This document shows, in pieces, positions 1 through 10,336 of a stretch of 64,000 bases of DNA. Each line of letters begins with the position of its first letter. The stretch's first letter is position 1. Under the pieces are notes generated by a model, which was not told the origin of the DNA, made no database searches, and saw only the letters and a program-made list of their open reading frames with translations. This stretch comes from Smithellaceae bacterium. Lineage in GTDB: Bacteria > Desulfobacterota > Syntrophia > Syntrophales > Smithellaceae. The position numbers and the translations under genes were made by a program. The DNA is taken from positions 512,001 through 576,000 of the forward strand of contig CAXXVL010000001.1 in assembly GCA_963667845.2 (NCBI GenBank), read 5' to 3'.

Positions 1-738
1 GCCGGTGACGTTAATGGCATGGCGCACCGAGTTAACGATGCCGGCATGCGCGCAGCCGGAAAGAATGATCAGTCCCTTGCCTTTCAGATGCATGACGATG
101 CAGGTATCGTCCTCAATGGCATCCCGGACTTCCTTCCCCTCTTTTTGATAATGGGCGATGGGAAAGCCCTTTTCAAAATCCGTGGATCGGGGAATTTCTG
201 CGAGGAATAAGATGGTGTTGTCCAGAAGAGCGCAGGGCTCTTCCGTCTCGACTGCGGAGAGCCCTGCCTGTTTGACCATGTCCCTCGTCAGCTTCGGGAA
301 GTTGATTTTCAATTCTTCTCCAAATTTCAGGTAACGCATGACCTTGAAGACGGATGGATGGACGATCAGCGGAATATCGCGCTTATCGATCAGGGCAACA
401 AGCTTCCCCATGCCGCCGGTGTGGTCGCTGTGGCCGTGGGAAAGAGCGACGGCCTCAACTTCGTGCATATTGACGCCCAGTGTTTCAGCGTTTTGCGCCG
501 CTCCGTCTTCAGAAAAGCCAAAGTCGAACAGCAGCGTGTGCGTCTTGCCTTCGGCTGTGGTCTTGACCAGCGCTGAAAACCCGTGTTCGGCCAGAATCGA
601 GGCGCGGATTTCCCCGTCTTTCAAAGGGGTGGCGCGTGTTACAACGGCACTGTTGTCCATCGCCGTCATCTCGATGTAGTTGTCCTGCAAGGTCAGGATT
701 TCCACCTTATCCACAGCGTTTAATGCAGGATAGACCAT
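1..738 (-). CDS. MBL-fold metallo-hydrolase (3'-truncated by window edge)
   Basis: Manual translation from ATG at 738 (RBS AGGAG): MVYPALNAVDKVEILTLQDN...AEHGFS...LFDFG...SHGHSDHTGG...SGCAHAGIVN. Contains the HxHxDH MBL motif and stays open to position 1. Confidence 0.85.
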   Translation of the reverse strand, partial: MVYPALNAVDKVEILTLQDNYIEMTAMDNSAVVTRATPLKDGEIRASILAEHGFSALVKTTAEGKTHTLLFDFGFSEDGAAQNAETLGVNMHEVEAVALSHGHSDHTGGMGKLVALIDKRDIPLIVHPSVFKVMRYLKFGEELKINFPKLTRDMVKQAGLSAVETEEPCALLDNTILFLAEIPRSTDFEKGFPIAHYQKEGKEVRDAIEDDTCIVMHLKGKGLIILSGCAHAGIVNSVRHAINVTG

Positions 739-842
739 TTTAATGCTCCTGTTCGGGTTGCCGGGTAACCATAACGCTAATAAATATTATTGCAATGAGT
801 TTGTCGTGAAACAAAACAAAGCGCGCGGCGGATCAAATCCGA

Positions 843-1205
843 TCACCCGTTGTGGCAACCCTGCTCATGCTGTGCGCAGGCCAGACCGTTATCGCGGACA
901 TTACCCGCAAGCCAGCTTTCCGTAACATCTTTCACCTTGCCCCGGCAGCCGCGCAAAACCTGGATTCCGCTCATTCCCAGAACGTTCACGGCCCCTTGCC
1001 CCATATTCCCGGCGAGCATATATTTTACGCCCATCTCAGCCAGGATCGAGGCGATGTTTGATTTACAGCCGCAGCCCGCGGGCGGCGTGACGATTTCCTG
1101 TGACTGAATTTTGTTCTGGTCGTCGATCGTGAATACGGTAAAATACTCACAGTGGCCGAAGTGTTCGTCCACTTGATCTTGATTGGATGGTAATGCGATT
1201 TTCAT
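843..1205 (-). CDS. NifB/NifX family FeMo-cofactor-binding-like protein
   Basis: MKIALP...HFGHCEYF...GNMGQGA pattern; start taken at ATG 1205 after RBS GAGGAG. Confidence 0.85.
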   Translation of the reverse strand: MKIALPSNQDQVDEHFGHCEYFTVFTIDDQNKIQSQEIVTPPAGCGCKSNIASILAEMGVKYMLAGNMGQGAVNVLGMSGIQVLRGCRGKVKDVTESWLAGNVRDNGLACAQHEQGCHNG

Positions 1206-1225
1206 GAATTTCTCCTCTTTAAATA

Positions 1226-1567
1226 TTATGGTCTTTTGGCCCCGTGGCCCTTCTTCCGGCTGCACAAAGCGGTCTCGTTGAGAGTAACTTTTCCGCCTTC
1301 AATTTTCAGTGCTTTGGCATTGATCAGAACGTCGGCTATTTTCTTGTGCGCCGCTTCGATAATTCTGCCGAACGTCTGGCGCGAAATGTTCATCCGGCCC
1401 GCCGCCTCTTCCTGATAGAGCTGTTCGTAGTCCGCGAGACGAACGGCTTCGAATTCATCGAGATTCAGAACAACCTCCTCCAGATCTACAGAGGGGATGC
1501 CCCGCGGCTTGAAATAGTTTTTATCAGGTAGTCCGCATATCTGACGGTTACATTTGGGTCTAGGCAT
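1226..1567 (-). CDS. DUF134 (UPF0251) HTH protein
   Basis: MPRPKCNR...FKPRGIP...DEFEAVRLADYE...QEEAAGRMNISRQTFGRII; usual neighbour of NifX-like genes. Confidence 0.85.
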   Translation of the reverse strand: MPRPKCNRQICGLPDKNYFKPRGIPSVDLEEVVLNLDEFEAVRLADYEQLYQEEAAGRMNISRQTFGRIIEAAHKKIADVLINAKALKIEGGKVTLNETALCSRKKGHGAKRP

Positions 1568-1702
1568 GTCCTGAATCTCCTTGGCGGCTATAATAAGCAT
1601 ATGCCCATAATAAGTCAAGCCAAAAAATTATGAAATAAATGCATGGACGGCCGCAATTTGTCCATTTATAATGGCGAACCGGAATGACTGAAAGGAAAAT
1701 CC

Positions 1703-2389
1703 ATGAAAAAGAAAGAGAAAAGCCGCCGGGCTGACTGCGCACATTGCCTGCTCACTGTAAGGGATAGAATTTGTATGAGCCCCGGGGGGAAAGCCTCCGG
1801 AGGGTGCCCGACAGTATCGGGAAAGAAGATCGGTGATGAGGCCCGCAGGTTTTATGCGTTTCCTGAAATCGAGGAATTTGCCCGGCAGGCATCCATCCAG
1901 GAGGCGGAATGCTATGCCCTGCGGGATCAAAAGCCCTTTGTTCTTCATCCGATCAAAACGAGGATCGAAGAGATCGGCGAGTTCGCTCAAAAAATGGGAT
2001 ATGTCCGTCTGGGGCTGGTCTTTTGCGTGGGGCTGGCGCGCGAAGCCGGGATTGTCGCCGATATGCTGGAGCGTCGTGGTCTCGAAGTGGTTTCCGTGAT
2101 CTGTAAAGTGGGCGCGGTACCCAAGGAAGCAATCGGTGTGAAAGACGAAGAAAAGATTCGTGCGGGCGGGCATGAGTCCATGTGCAATCCCATCGCCCAG
2201 GCGATGATCGTCAATGATGCGAAAGTCGAATTTAATGTTCTGCTGGGGTTGTGTGTGGGCCATGATTCGCTGTTTTTCAAATACGCCGAGGCGCCGACCA
2301 CTGTGCTGGCCGTGAAAGACCGTGTAACAGGCCATAATCCGCTCGCGGCCGTTTATCTGGCGGAAAGCTATTATGCTCGGTTGAAGTGA
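1703..2389 (+). CDS. DUF1847 metal-binding protein
   Basis: TRIEEI...FCVGL...CKVG...MCNPIAQA...GLCVGHDSLF...VKDRVTGHNP. Confidence 0.85.
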   Translation: MKKKEKSRRADCAHCLLTVRDRICMSPGGKASGGCPTVSGKKIGDEARRFYAFPEIEEFARQASIQEAECYALRDQKPFVLHPIKTRIEEIGEFAQKMGYVRLGLVFCVGLAREAGIVADMLERRGLEVVSVICKVGAVPKEAIGVKDEEKIRAGGHESMCNPIAQAMIVNDAKVEFNVLLGLCVGHDSLFFKYAEAPTTVLAVKDRVTGHNPLAAVYLAESYYARLK

Positions 2390-2515
2390 TGAACGGTTGG
2401 CGACCTCGGTCATCGCGGCAGTTCCCTGCCGGGTTTGTACGAGACGGTTTAAAATTAACTGTTCAAAGCCGGTTTGATCGTGTAAAATCAAAAACAAAAA
2501 AAGGAGGATAGAAAT

Positions 2516-3010
2516 ATGGCGAATACCTCTTTGACCATAGCGGATCTCAAATCACACAGGCGGGCCGCCCTTGCTTTCGGCCTGCTGGTATTACTGCCCT
2601 GTCTCTTGAGCCTGATCAATGTGACGTTTGCCGGAAACTGGAAAATTCATTTCTTCCCGGCGGCGATCTTTCTTGCGGCTCTGAGCTTCGGGCCGGCCGG
2701 CGGATTGATCGCCGGTGTGACCGGATCGCTGTATTCCGCGGTCTTCCTCGGCAACCCCTATCTCATGGCGGGCAATGCGCTTCTGGGTTTTTTGACGGGC
2801 GTTTTCTTCAGAAAAACGGGGAGAATGGTTCCGGCGGCGATGCTGGCCTTTGCCTGCCAATTGCCATGGCTCATTTTGTCCGATTACTACTTTGTTCATT
2901 TGCCGGTCGGATTTATCGCCAGTCTGGTGATCGTCTTGTGCCTCGGGAATCTCCTGTGGGCGCTTCTGATCGATCTGGCGATGACGCCGGTTAAGAGATA
3001 TTTATGTTAA
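2516..3010 (+). CDS. ECF-type S component-like membrane protein
   Basis: Hydrophobic 164 aa with FGPAGGLIAG motif; strong RBS AAGGAGG. Confidence 0.6.
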   Translation: MANTSLTIADLKSHRRAALAFGLLVLLPCLLSLINVTFAGNWKIHFFPAAIFLAALSFGPAGGLIAGVTGSLYSAVFLGNPYLMAGNALLGFLTGVFFRKTGRMVPAAMLAFACQLPWLILSDYYFVHLPVGFIASLVIVLCLGNLLWALLIDLAMTPVKRYLC

Positions 3011-3426
3011 TTCCTGATTTTTCCCTGTATTCGCTGGCGCTCGTGGAAGGTGATACAATCATCTATTCTTCCGCCGGCGTCGGTCTGCGCCCCTTGTGCG
3101 ATGCGCTCACCAAATTTCAAGACAGGACCGGATTGGTTTTGCACGATAAAGTGATGGGGCTTGCCGCGGCCAGGCTCATAGTTTATTCCGATATGATTGC
3201 CGGAGTGTTCACGAAAGTTGTATCGGAGCCGGCCCGGCGGTTTCTGCAGGAGAACGGCATTGCGCTTTCGGCTGATGGTGTTGCCGCCAATATCTTAACC
3301 CGGGACCAAACCGCAGTCTGTCCCGGAGAGGTGATTGCAATGAATACGGACGACCCGGATGTGTTTTTGCGGAAAATCAGGGCTATGCTCGATACCGCCG
3401 GATCATCTGCGCAGACCATCCACTGA
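3004..3426 (+). CDS. DUF1893 (TM1506-like) protein
   Basis: GLRPL...DKVMGLAAA...NILTRDQTAVCPGE; overlaps the upstream gene. Confidence 0.7.
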   Translation: MLIPDFSLYSLALVEGDTIIYSSAGVGLRPLCDALTKFQDRTGLVLHDKVMGLAAARLIVYSDMIAGVFTKVVSEPARRFLQENGIALSADGVAANILTRDQTAVCPGEVIAMNTDDPDVFLRKIRAMLDTAGSSAQTIH

Positions 3427-3555
3427 TGTTCACGGACCCCGCAGTTTAAGGCTGGTTTTTTTCTCCATTATTTTCCGGACAGTTTCATTCATGCGTTTGG
3501 CGGTATCAACCCGATCGGTTCGAGTGCTTGATCTTCAGCGCTCCCGAAATCATCT

Positions 3556-3897
3556 TTAGGGCTGCTTTGCCGCATAGGCATCCATCACCTTGCCGGAATG
3601 GATTAAAGCCGCTCCGGCATTGACGGTCACAGCGACGCCCAGGGCTTCGACGATTTCTTCCCGCGTCGCTCCCTGTTTGATCGCGGCATCCGTATGGACG
3701 ACAATGCAGCCGTCGCACTGCCGGGTCACGGCGACGGCCACCGCGATCAATTCGCGCGTTTTGGCATCGAGTTTCCCGGTCTTTGCTCCCGCCTCGCTGA
3801 TCATGCGGTAACCCCGGAGGATATCGGGACTGATTTTTGCGATGTCCCCGATCCTGCCCAGAACCTCACGATGATATTCATTCCAGTCCAGTATCAT
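3556..3897 (-). CDS. Carboxymuconolactone decarboxylase/AhpD family protein
   Basis: LDAKTRELIAVAVAVTRQCDGCIVVH...GATREEIVEAL. Confidence 0.9.
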   Translation of the reverse strand: MILDWNEYHREVLGRIGDIAKISPDILRGYRMISEAGAKTGKLDAKTRELIAVAVAVTRQCDGCIVVHTDAAIKQGATREEIVEALGVAVTVNAGAALIHSGKVMDAYAAKQP

Positions 3898-3971
3898 GAT
3901 GACTCTCCTTTCTTTTATCCAAATCTTCCGCGCAGGCCTGCCGATCTTGCGAATGCTGCCGGAGTTCGTCT

Positions 3972-4808
3972 TTACAGATGCCGGTCAAGCCACTGCCGCA
4001 AATCGGCGAGTACTTTGGTCCGATCCGCGATAAGCTCGTTATAGACTTCATGCCTGAGGCCGTCGTAGCGTTTGAATGTTTTATCCTCGGCTCCGATCAT
4101 GTCAAAGAGCTCCCGCTGTCCGGAGAAGGCGGTATCCTGCGATCCAAGCTGGATCAGGACCGGCATTTTGATTTTGAAGGCATTTTCGGCGCCGATGACG
4201 ACGTAACGGTTCATTTCGTGTGCGAGCCTCGGTGTGATGACGTTATAAATCAGCGGATCATTAACATAGGCCAAAACGACGTCTTCGTCCCGGGAGATGA
4301 ACTCCGGCGGCAGGGGCGACTTCACGTGCACAGCGGGAAGCAGCATGGAGAGGATTCTGGTGATGGCGAGCAAGGCCTTTGGAATGTCCGTCCCGGGCAG
4401 TGAGCCTGTTCCGGAGAGGATCAGCCCCCGGATGTCCGCCGCATCCTGCTCCGCGTAATTCATGGCGATGAGGCTGCCCATGGAATGACCCAGGACGAAA
4501 TAAGGGATGCCGGGAAAGCGTGCTTTGATGACGTCTCGGTAAAACTGTCTTTCGTCATCGATGAAGTCCTGGAATCTGACGACGTGCCCGCGTTTTCCCC
4601 CGCTCCTGCCGTGACCGCGGTGATCATTGCCGATGACGGCATAGCCCGCGGGGAGCAATTCGTTGACGACATTCCCGTAACGGTCGATGTGTTCGGCATA
4701 GCCGTGGATAACGTGCACGACCGCCTTGGGAGAAGTGTCGGGAAAGCATCCTTTCCAAAAGATGGATGTTCCATCCTGGGCCACGCACGTTCCGGTTTCG
4801 GTTTTCAT
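3972..4808 (-). CDS. Alpha/beta hydrolase (lysophospholipase-like)
   Basis: HGYAEH, DHRGHGRS, GHSMG nucleophile elbow, HEVYNE. Confidence 0.9.
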   Translation of the reverse strand: MKTETGTCVAQDGTSIFWKGCFPDTSPKAVVHVIHGYAEHIDRYGNVVNELLPAGYAVIGNDHRGHGRSGGKRGHVVRFQDFIDDERQFYRDVIKARFPGIPYFVLGHSMGSLIAMNYAEQDAADIRGLILSGTGSLPGTDIPKALLAITRILSMLLPAVHVKSPLPPEFISRDEDVVLAYVNDPLIYNVITPRLAHEMNRYVVIGAENAFKIKMPVLIQLGSQDTAFSGQRELFDMIGAEDKTFKRYDGLRHEVYNELIADRTKVLADLRQWLDRHL

Positions 4809-4918
4809 CGGGTTGTCCTCCTGGGGTTAACGGTTGATATGGAATGAAAATGGCTCTCCGGTCGACACGATATGCGGCAGGTTTCAGCTCGGGAAACCCC
4901 GCCAACTTCTTCCAAAGT

Positions 4919-5773
4919 CTATTTTGCGGGCGATGCCGAAAGTGAGAGCGCCTGGGCTTCTTCGGTGCAGTTGCGCGCAGGCTTCAGACCTTTTTTCCGG
5001 GCCGCGGCGATTTCGGCTTTGGCCGCTTTCAAGTCGGCAAGAAAGGCCGGATTCGAGTGCAGCCGGGCAACGACCGCGGAGGCCATGAAGCGGCCCGCAA
5101 TCACGTCGCTTTGCCAATGACAGTTGCAGACCAGACGGCTTTCTGCGAAAGCAAGGCCCCGTACGAGGATGGCATCGCCATGCTCCGGATCAATTTCACT
5201 GAGGATCAGCGCCCAGGTCCAGCCGATGGCGCTGTGTCCGGACGGATAAGACCCGTCTTTCCTCAATTCATTTTCCCAACCCGGAGAGCACGTGGATGTA
5301 TTGTGGATGACAAAAGGGCGAACACGTTTGTAATGACTTTTGGCCTTCAGGGTCGAAATGGCGGCGTCGGTAAAAGATCGGTGCAGGATCATGTATAGGT
5401 AGGGCGTTTCCTGCTCGGTGATCGGAATCCCCAGTGTGCAGGAAAACGCTTCGGCTGCCTCAGGAAAGTCCAGATCCGCGTCTTTTGCCGCCTGGGTCCA
5501 GCGCGGCGAATTCCGAAGCGTGCCATACCTGCGGTTGAAGTCTTCATCGACCATGACTTCGGCTGATCCGGGAGCGGGAGGAGGCCCGAGCAGTACCAGG
5601 CTGTCGGGAATTAACGCCATCGGCAGATACGGCGCCAGGATTCCCGGTCGCACCTCGGGGACGATTGCGGGCTTGCCGGTGAGTGCGAGACTGGCACAGC
5701 CCGACGTTAGCAGGACAAGAAGCAGAAAAAGTGGCAGCAGGGTCCGATGGTTCCAATGGGCAGGTTTAAACAC
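4919..5773 (-). CDS. Class A non-specific acid phosphatase (PAP2), lipoprotein
   Basis: KSHYKRVRP, SYPSGH, SRLVCNCHWQSD motifs; LTSGC lipobox. Confidence 0.9.
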   Translation of the reverse strand: MFKPAHWNHRTLLPLFLLLVLLTSGCASLALTGKPAIVPEVRPGILAPYLPMALIPDSLVLLGPPPAPGSAEVMVDEDFNRRYGTLRNSPRWTQAAKDADLDFPEAAEAFSCTLGIPITEQETPYLYMILHRSFTDAAISTLKAKSHYKRVRPFVIHNTSTCSPGWENELRKDGSYPSGHSAIGWTWALILSEIDPEHGDAILVRGLAFAESRLVCNCHWQSDVIAGRFMASAVVARLHSNPAFLADLKAAKAEIAAARKKGLKPARNCTEEAQALSLSASPAK

Positions 5774-5983
5774 GATACGGTTTTCCTCCTTGATCGGGAA
5801 TATTTAGTTGCATCCGGGTGAAGAAAGATCATTTCCGGCCGCGCGCGTTTTTGCAGGGCGGCGTGAGGAATGTAACCATATCCGGGCCGCTCATGTCAAC
5901 CCCGGCTCTTCGGCACCGCGACTTTGGGAGGATTTGCACTTTACTGCCAGTATTGAGAAAGAGCAAGATCCGGCTCCGTCATC

Positions 5984-6535
5984 TCAGGCCGAATGCTTTT
6001 TTATCCACGCAACGTAGCGATCCATCCAGGTTTGCAGGATTTTTTTCGTGCCCGCGCTGATATCGCCTGCCTCATCAAAGAAGCCTTCTTTGACAAATAT
6101 GAAGGCTTCGGGCTGCCCCAGCGTCGGGACGTCCAGATAAGCCAGTACGTTGCGCAGGTGCTGCTGAGCCATGGCCGTTCCTGTTTGTCCGATCGAGGCG
6201 CCTAAGATTCCGGCCGGTTTTCCCGCCCAAGCGCTTTGACCGTAAGGGCGCGACGCGTTGTCGAGGGCATTCTTCAATACGCCCGGGATGGAACGGTTGT
6301 ATTCGGGCGTGACAAACAAAAGGCCCTGGACACTTTTTATTTCTTCCTTCAATTGCACGACAACGTCCGCCTGATGCCCATCGTCATCCTGGTTATAGAG
6401 CGGCAGATTATCGATGCGCATCTGTTTGAAGGAGAACTCCGGCGGCGCCAGTTTTATGACAGCGTTGGCGAGTTTGCGGTTAAAAGACTCTTTACGAAGA
6501 CTTCCGACGAAAACGGCGATTTTGTATGGGCTCAT
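5984..6535 (-). CDS. NADPH-dependent FMN reductase (ChrR-like)
   Basis: VGSLRKESFN, TPEYNRSIPGVLKNALD. Confidence 0.9.
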   Translation of the reverse strand: MSPYKIAVFVGSLRKESFNRKLANAVIKLAPPEFSFKQMRIDNLPLYNQDDDGHQADVVVQLKEEIKSVQGLLFVTPEYNRSIPGVLKNALDNASRPYGQSAWAGKPAGILGASIGQTGTAMAQQHLRNVLAYLDVPTLGQPEAFIFVKEGFFDEAGDISAGTKKILQTWMDRYVAWIKKHSA

Positions 6536-6709
6536 GACATCCTCCTGTAAACGTTAGAGAACTAAAGATCGCCTGGGCGTCCACACAGACCAATGCATTT
6601 TCCGGGCACAGGCTTGAATCAAGCACAGGACTGCCGGCCGCCAAGGCCAATTTTCAGAACTTAACGAAGTCATGATTTTGCAGTTGTCAATTGCCCGCAG
6701 CGACCGCAA

Positions 6710-6958
6710 CTATTTTCTGATGAAGCGGTACACCAATAAGACGATGAGCGCGCCCACGATGGCCAGCCCGAAGCTGTGGATGTCAAATCCGGTAATGGAC
6801 CCCAATCCCAGATAGGTTCCCAGAAGACCGCCGATGAAGGCGCCGACTATCCCCAGCAAAATGGTTGTGATAATGCCGCCGGGGCCCGTGCCCGGCATGA
6901 TAACCTTGACGATGATTCCGACGATTAAGCCCATGATGATCCAAGATAGAATTCCCAT
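6710..6958 (-). CDS. GlsB/YeaQ/YmgE family membrane protein
   Basis: MGILSWIIMGLIVG...ILLGIVGAFIGG...AIVGA. Confidence 0.9.
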   Translation of the reverse strand: MGILSWIIMGLIVGIIVKVIMPGTGPGGIITTILLGIVGAFIGGLLGTYLGLGSITGFDIHSFGLAIVGALIVLLVYRFIRK

Positions 6959-7107
6959 GGATGGCCTCCGCGAAGTTGAGGTTAAATTGGCAGTTAACGC
7001 TTTCCGACATCACCCTGATCGACTGAATCAAATACACATAAGCTGCAAATAGCGGACATCCGGGGCAGACGCGAGATGAAGAATTCTATCATAAAACCCG
7101 GTCGGTA

Positions 7108-7959
7108 TCACGCGGATTGTTTCTGCGTCGTGATCGAGGAAATCAGTTCCTCAGCGTTTTTGAAAAACACGCGGTCGTAGAATTCCGGAGAAAGGTTGTA
7201 ATCAAGCAGTGTTTCGAGTTCGGATTCGCGCGGCAGGATCAGGTTGGGAAAATCAGATCCATACAAGATCCGGTTCTTATGCTCTTCGAGCGCCGGATTT
7301 CCGAGGTTGAAACCGCCTTCGCCCTGCTGTTCTTTGAAAAATGAGAATGCGGTATCCAGATAAAGAGCGGGATGGTCGCAAAGCAGGTCCATAAAACCCT
7401 GATACTCGAATTGACCCATGTGCGCAATGTTGGCCGGCAGGTCGGGATACCGTGAGATAAGTTTTTTGAAGTGGCTAAGCCCCACAAATTCATTGCCCAG
7501 GGGACCGTTGCCGGTGTGAAAAAGGATGCGTTTTTTCCGGTCCATGACCAGTTCATACAAGGGAAAGAGCCGCTTGTCATGCGGAAAGAGGCGCTGGACA
7601 TGGAGATGCAGCTTGACCCCCAGCACCCGGGGATGCTTCAATATTTTTTCCGCATACGTCAACGCGTTGGCATCGCCGGGATGGAACGCCGCAAAACAAT
7701 ATAGATCGGGGTCTTCATCCAGGACCTGCGCGTTCCACTCGTTGAGCCCTTCCGCAACGCCTTCGCGGTGGGCATAATTGGAGTAAACGATTTTTTGAAT
7801 GCCGCGTGTCCGCAAATAGCGGATGCATTCCCGATAATAAAACATGTAGAGGATTTTCAATCGATACTCTTTGACGAAATAATCCCAGATGGCGTCGGAC
7901 ATCTTGTCCGGAAAAAGATGAACATGAAAATCGGTGATGCGGGCGGGCAGGCTGGGCAT
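7108..7959 (-). CDS. Amidohydrolase family protein
   Basis: DFHVH, GVKLH, FHTG, IAHMG, ILYGSDFP. Confidence 0.85.
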   Translation of the reverse strand: MPSLPARITDFHVHLFPDKMSDAIWDYFVKEYRLKILYMFYYRECIRYLRTRGIQKIVYSNYAHREGVAEGLNEWNAQVLDEDPDLYCFAAFHPGDANALTYAEKILKHPRVLGVKLHLHVQRLFPHDKRLFPLYELVMDRKKRILFHTGNGPLGNEFVGLSHFKKLISRYPDLPANIAHMGQFEYQGFMDLLCDHPALYLDTAFSFFKEQQGEGGFNLGNPALEEHKNRILYGSDFPNLILPRESELETLLDYNLSPEFYDRVFFKNAEELISSITTQKQSA

Positions 7960-8079
7960 TGCTGATCATTTCCGTTTCATAAAATAGTCTGTGCAGTTTC
8001 GGCGTCAGGCCGGCCGGAAGCTCCTGAAATGCGATCGCTTCAGTCGTAAGACCGTATCGGATGACTAAGGGGCCGCGCC

Positions 8080-9279
8080 TCAGATTTTAAATAGACCCCG
8101 GTCGTAGACGAGGACCTTTTTGCCGTCCGTCAAATGCGCGGTCACGGTTTTCGGCTCGGTGTTGACGAGATCCCAGTGCAGCGCGGAATCATTGAAGCCC
8201 AGTTCTTTCTTGAGCGCCGGCGTCAGCTTTGCCGGGTCTCCGCTGAAGGTATCGCTGTAGGAGGAACCGAGCGCGATGTGGCAATTGCCTTCCTTGCCGC
8301 CGAAGTTTTCATCGAAGAGCGTCTCGGCCATGAAACGGTCAATCCGCGAAAACCTTTTGTCGGTGAGAGAGTATTCCCCGATGCGGCGGGCGCCCCCGTC
8401 CATGGCGAGCTGCTTTTTCGCAAACTCCTCTCCTTCGCTGGCTTCGACTTTAACGGCCTGTCCTTTGGCGAAGGTGATGCGGACGTCTTTCACGTAATTG
8501 CCGCTGCGGAAAGAGGGGAGGTTGGCATAATAGACACCTTCCGTCCCGCGCCAGTCGGGGGAGATAAAGATTTCAAAGCTGGGGACGTTGTGGCCGGAGA
8601 CGCCGGCCCATTTGCGCTTCGCGCCCGGCGTGATCTTCAAATCGACATTTGCCGATTCCATGTGGAAATATTTGACTCGAAGGGCGCTGAGCCTTTTCTT
8701 GATGGCGGTGACTTCTGTGTGGATGTGTTGCCACTCGGCCACCGGATCATCGCAATCAAGGTAGCAGCCTTTGATCACCTGCGCGGTGTATTGGTTGAGT
8801 GTCATCTTCGCCTGGCGCGCCAGTTCGTTCGTGGGGAGGATGCAGAGCGTCCAGCTGTATCGGCGCTGTTCTTCGCGGCGATCGAGAATATCCTTCAACA
8901 CTTTGCGGGAGACAACGGCTTTTCCGATCCTGGCCGGATCGATGTTTTTGAGGTGCGTGAGCGACTCGGGCGCATGCAGAAATATCCGGCCGTTGATGTT
9001 ATTGTAGAGTTCCCTGTCGCCGGGAGCGATAAAGGTCAGCTGCTTTGGATTGGCCTTTTGATAGAAGCTCAGTTCCATGCCGAATGTGGAGACCATCCGC
9101 TGCACCGGCTGGATGCCCATGGTAAGGAGCCGTCCATAGAGGATTTCAGCAAGCCTGAGAGCCGGCAGGTCATACTGAATCAGGACAATCTCATTTTTCT
9201 TCAGAGCCGCTTTCTTGGCCGTGGCAAGCCCCCACAGGAGAACATCGGCGTATTTTTCAAGGTTATTTTCGGTGAGCAT
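8080..9279 (-). CDS. Aminopeptidase, M29 family
   Basis: LEKYADVLL, NVPSFEIF, IGE, TLFDENFGG, HIALGSSY, NDSALHWD. Confidence 0.9.
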   Translation of the reverse strand: MLTENNLEKYADVLLWGLATAKKAALKKNEIVLIQYDLPALRLAEILYGRLLTMGIQPVQRMVSTFGMELSFYQKANPKQLTFIAPGDRELYNNINGRIFLHAPESLTHLKNIDPARIGKAVVSRKVLKDILDRREEQRRYSWTLCILPTNELARQAKMTLNQYTAQVIKGCYLDCDDPVAEWQHIHTEVTAIKKRLSALRVKYFHMESANVDLKITPGAKRKWAGVSGHNVPSFEIFISPDWRGTEGVYYANLPSFRSGNYVKDVRITFAKGQAVKVEASEGEEFAKKQLAMDGGARRIGEYSLTDKRFSRIDRFMAETLFDENFGGKEGNCHIALGSSYSDTFSGDPAKLTPALKKELGFNDSALHWDLVNTEPKTVTAHLTDGKKVLVYDRGLFKI

Positions 9280-9669
9280 AATTCTTATTTTCCTTCCGTC
9301 AGTTAAGGCATTTGATAGCCTTTTTACTAGGAAATTTGCTGCAAGGCAAGTGTTTCCTCACGGCCATGACGCCCCTGCCGGGTGGTCAGGACGGCCCTGG
9401 ATCGCAACTCCGGTTTTTCCCCTTTTTTGTGAAAAATGGTGTATGATGGGACCCAGAGTAATTCATACAGCACCAATCATGAAAAAGACGGCTTGAGGGG
9501 ACGACCATGTTGTCCGCACTGCTCCAGATAAACAAAAATTTGTTTACGAGGAAATGAGCGTTTTGACAAGGGTTCTCTTTTTCTTTTGGATCGTCGGATC
9601 ATTCCCACCCTATATCTCATTTGCGAACACCATTCACGAACGGCAATATAAATTAACACCGGACAGGAG

Positions 9670-10035
9670 GTGTCTGTGAAATTAAGATTGCTGCTTTTTA
9701 TTTTATATCAAAAGCTGAAATGGGCCGCGGTAAAAAACGCGGCTTACCAAAGTTTCCTGGGCAGCATGCAGGTGAAAATCATGATTAAAACAGCCGACGG
9801 GAAACACGGAAGATTGTTCATCTTCGACCGGGGAAAATTGTCCACCCTGGCCGGCGGCACGCATGCTTACGACGCGGCGCTGGTCTGGTCCGATGCCGGC
9901 ACCGCGTTTAAGGTGCTGTCGTCGGCAAGCGATGAACAGACATTTTTCGCGGCGGCCAAGGGTCAGTTGAAAATCGACGGCATGGCTGCTTATGTCCAGT
10001 GGTTTAATGATGGTGTGAAGCTGGTCATGAAATAA
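9670..10035 (+). CDS. Hypothetical protein, SCP2 sterol-binding-like
   Basis: RBS AGGAGG; C-terminal KGQLKIDG resembles the SCP2 fold; the start could be 9676. Confidence 0.55.
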   Translation: MSVKLRLLLFILYQKLKWAAVKNAAYQSFLGSMQVKIMIKTADGKHGRLFIFDRGKLSTLAGGTHAYDAALVWSDAGTAFKVLSSASDEQTFFAAAKGQLKIDGMAAYVQWFNDGVKLVMK

Positions 10036-10336
10036 CGGTTTCATAAAATGCCCTGATCGCCTGAAGGCGACGCGACGGCACGTGCTTCCGGATACTTCTT
10101 CATTGTCCACCGCAGCGGCGTATATTAAGAATACGCCTCGCTCCTCTCAATTCGCGCGCCCTGCCGGCGGGAATTTTATAAAGCCATCGTCGTTGGAATT
10201 TTACCCCGCTTCCGCGGGACGAACATTAATTCTCCGCAGCTTGCTGCGATATAATGACATTCATTTTATATCTCGACAGCTTGCTGCGAGGTTGTTGATT
10301 CTGTCCTGAATAATATGGGTAAAAAGGAGAAAGGCT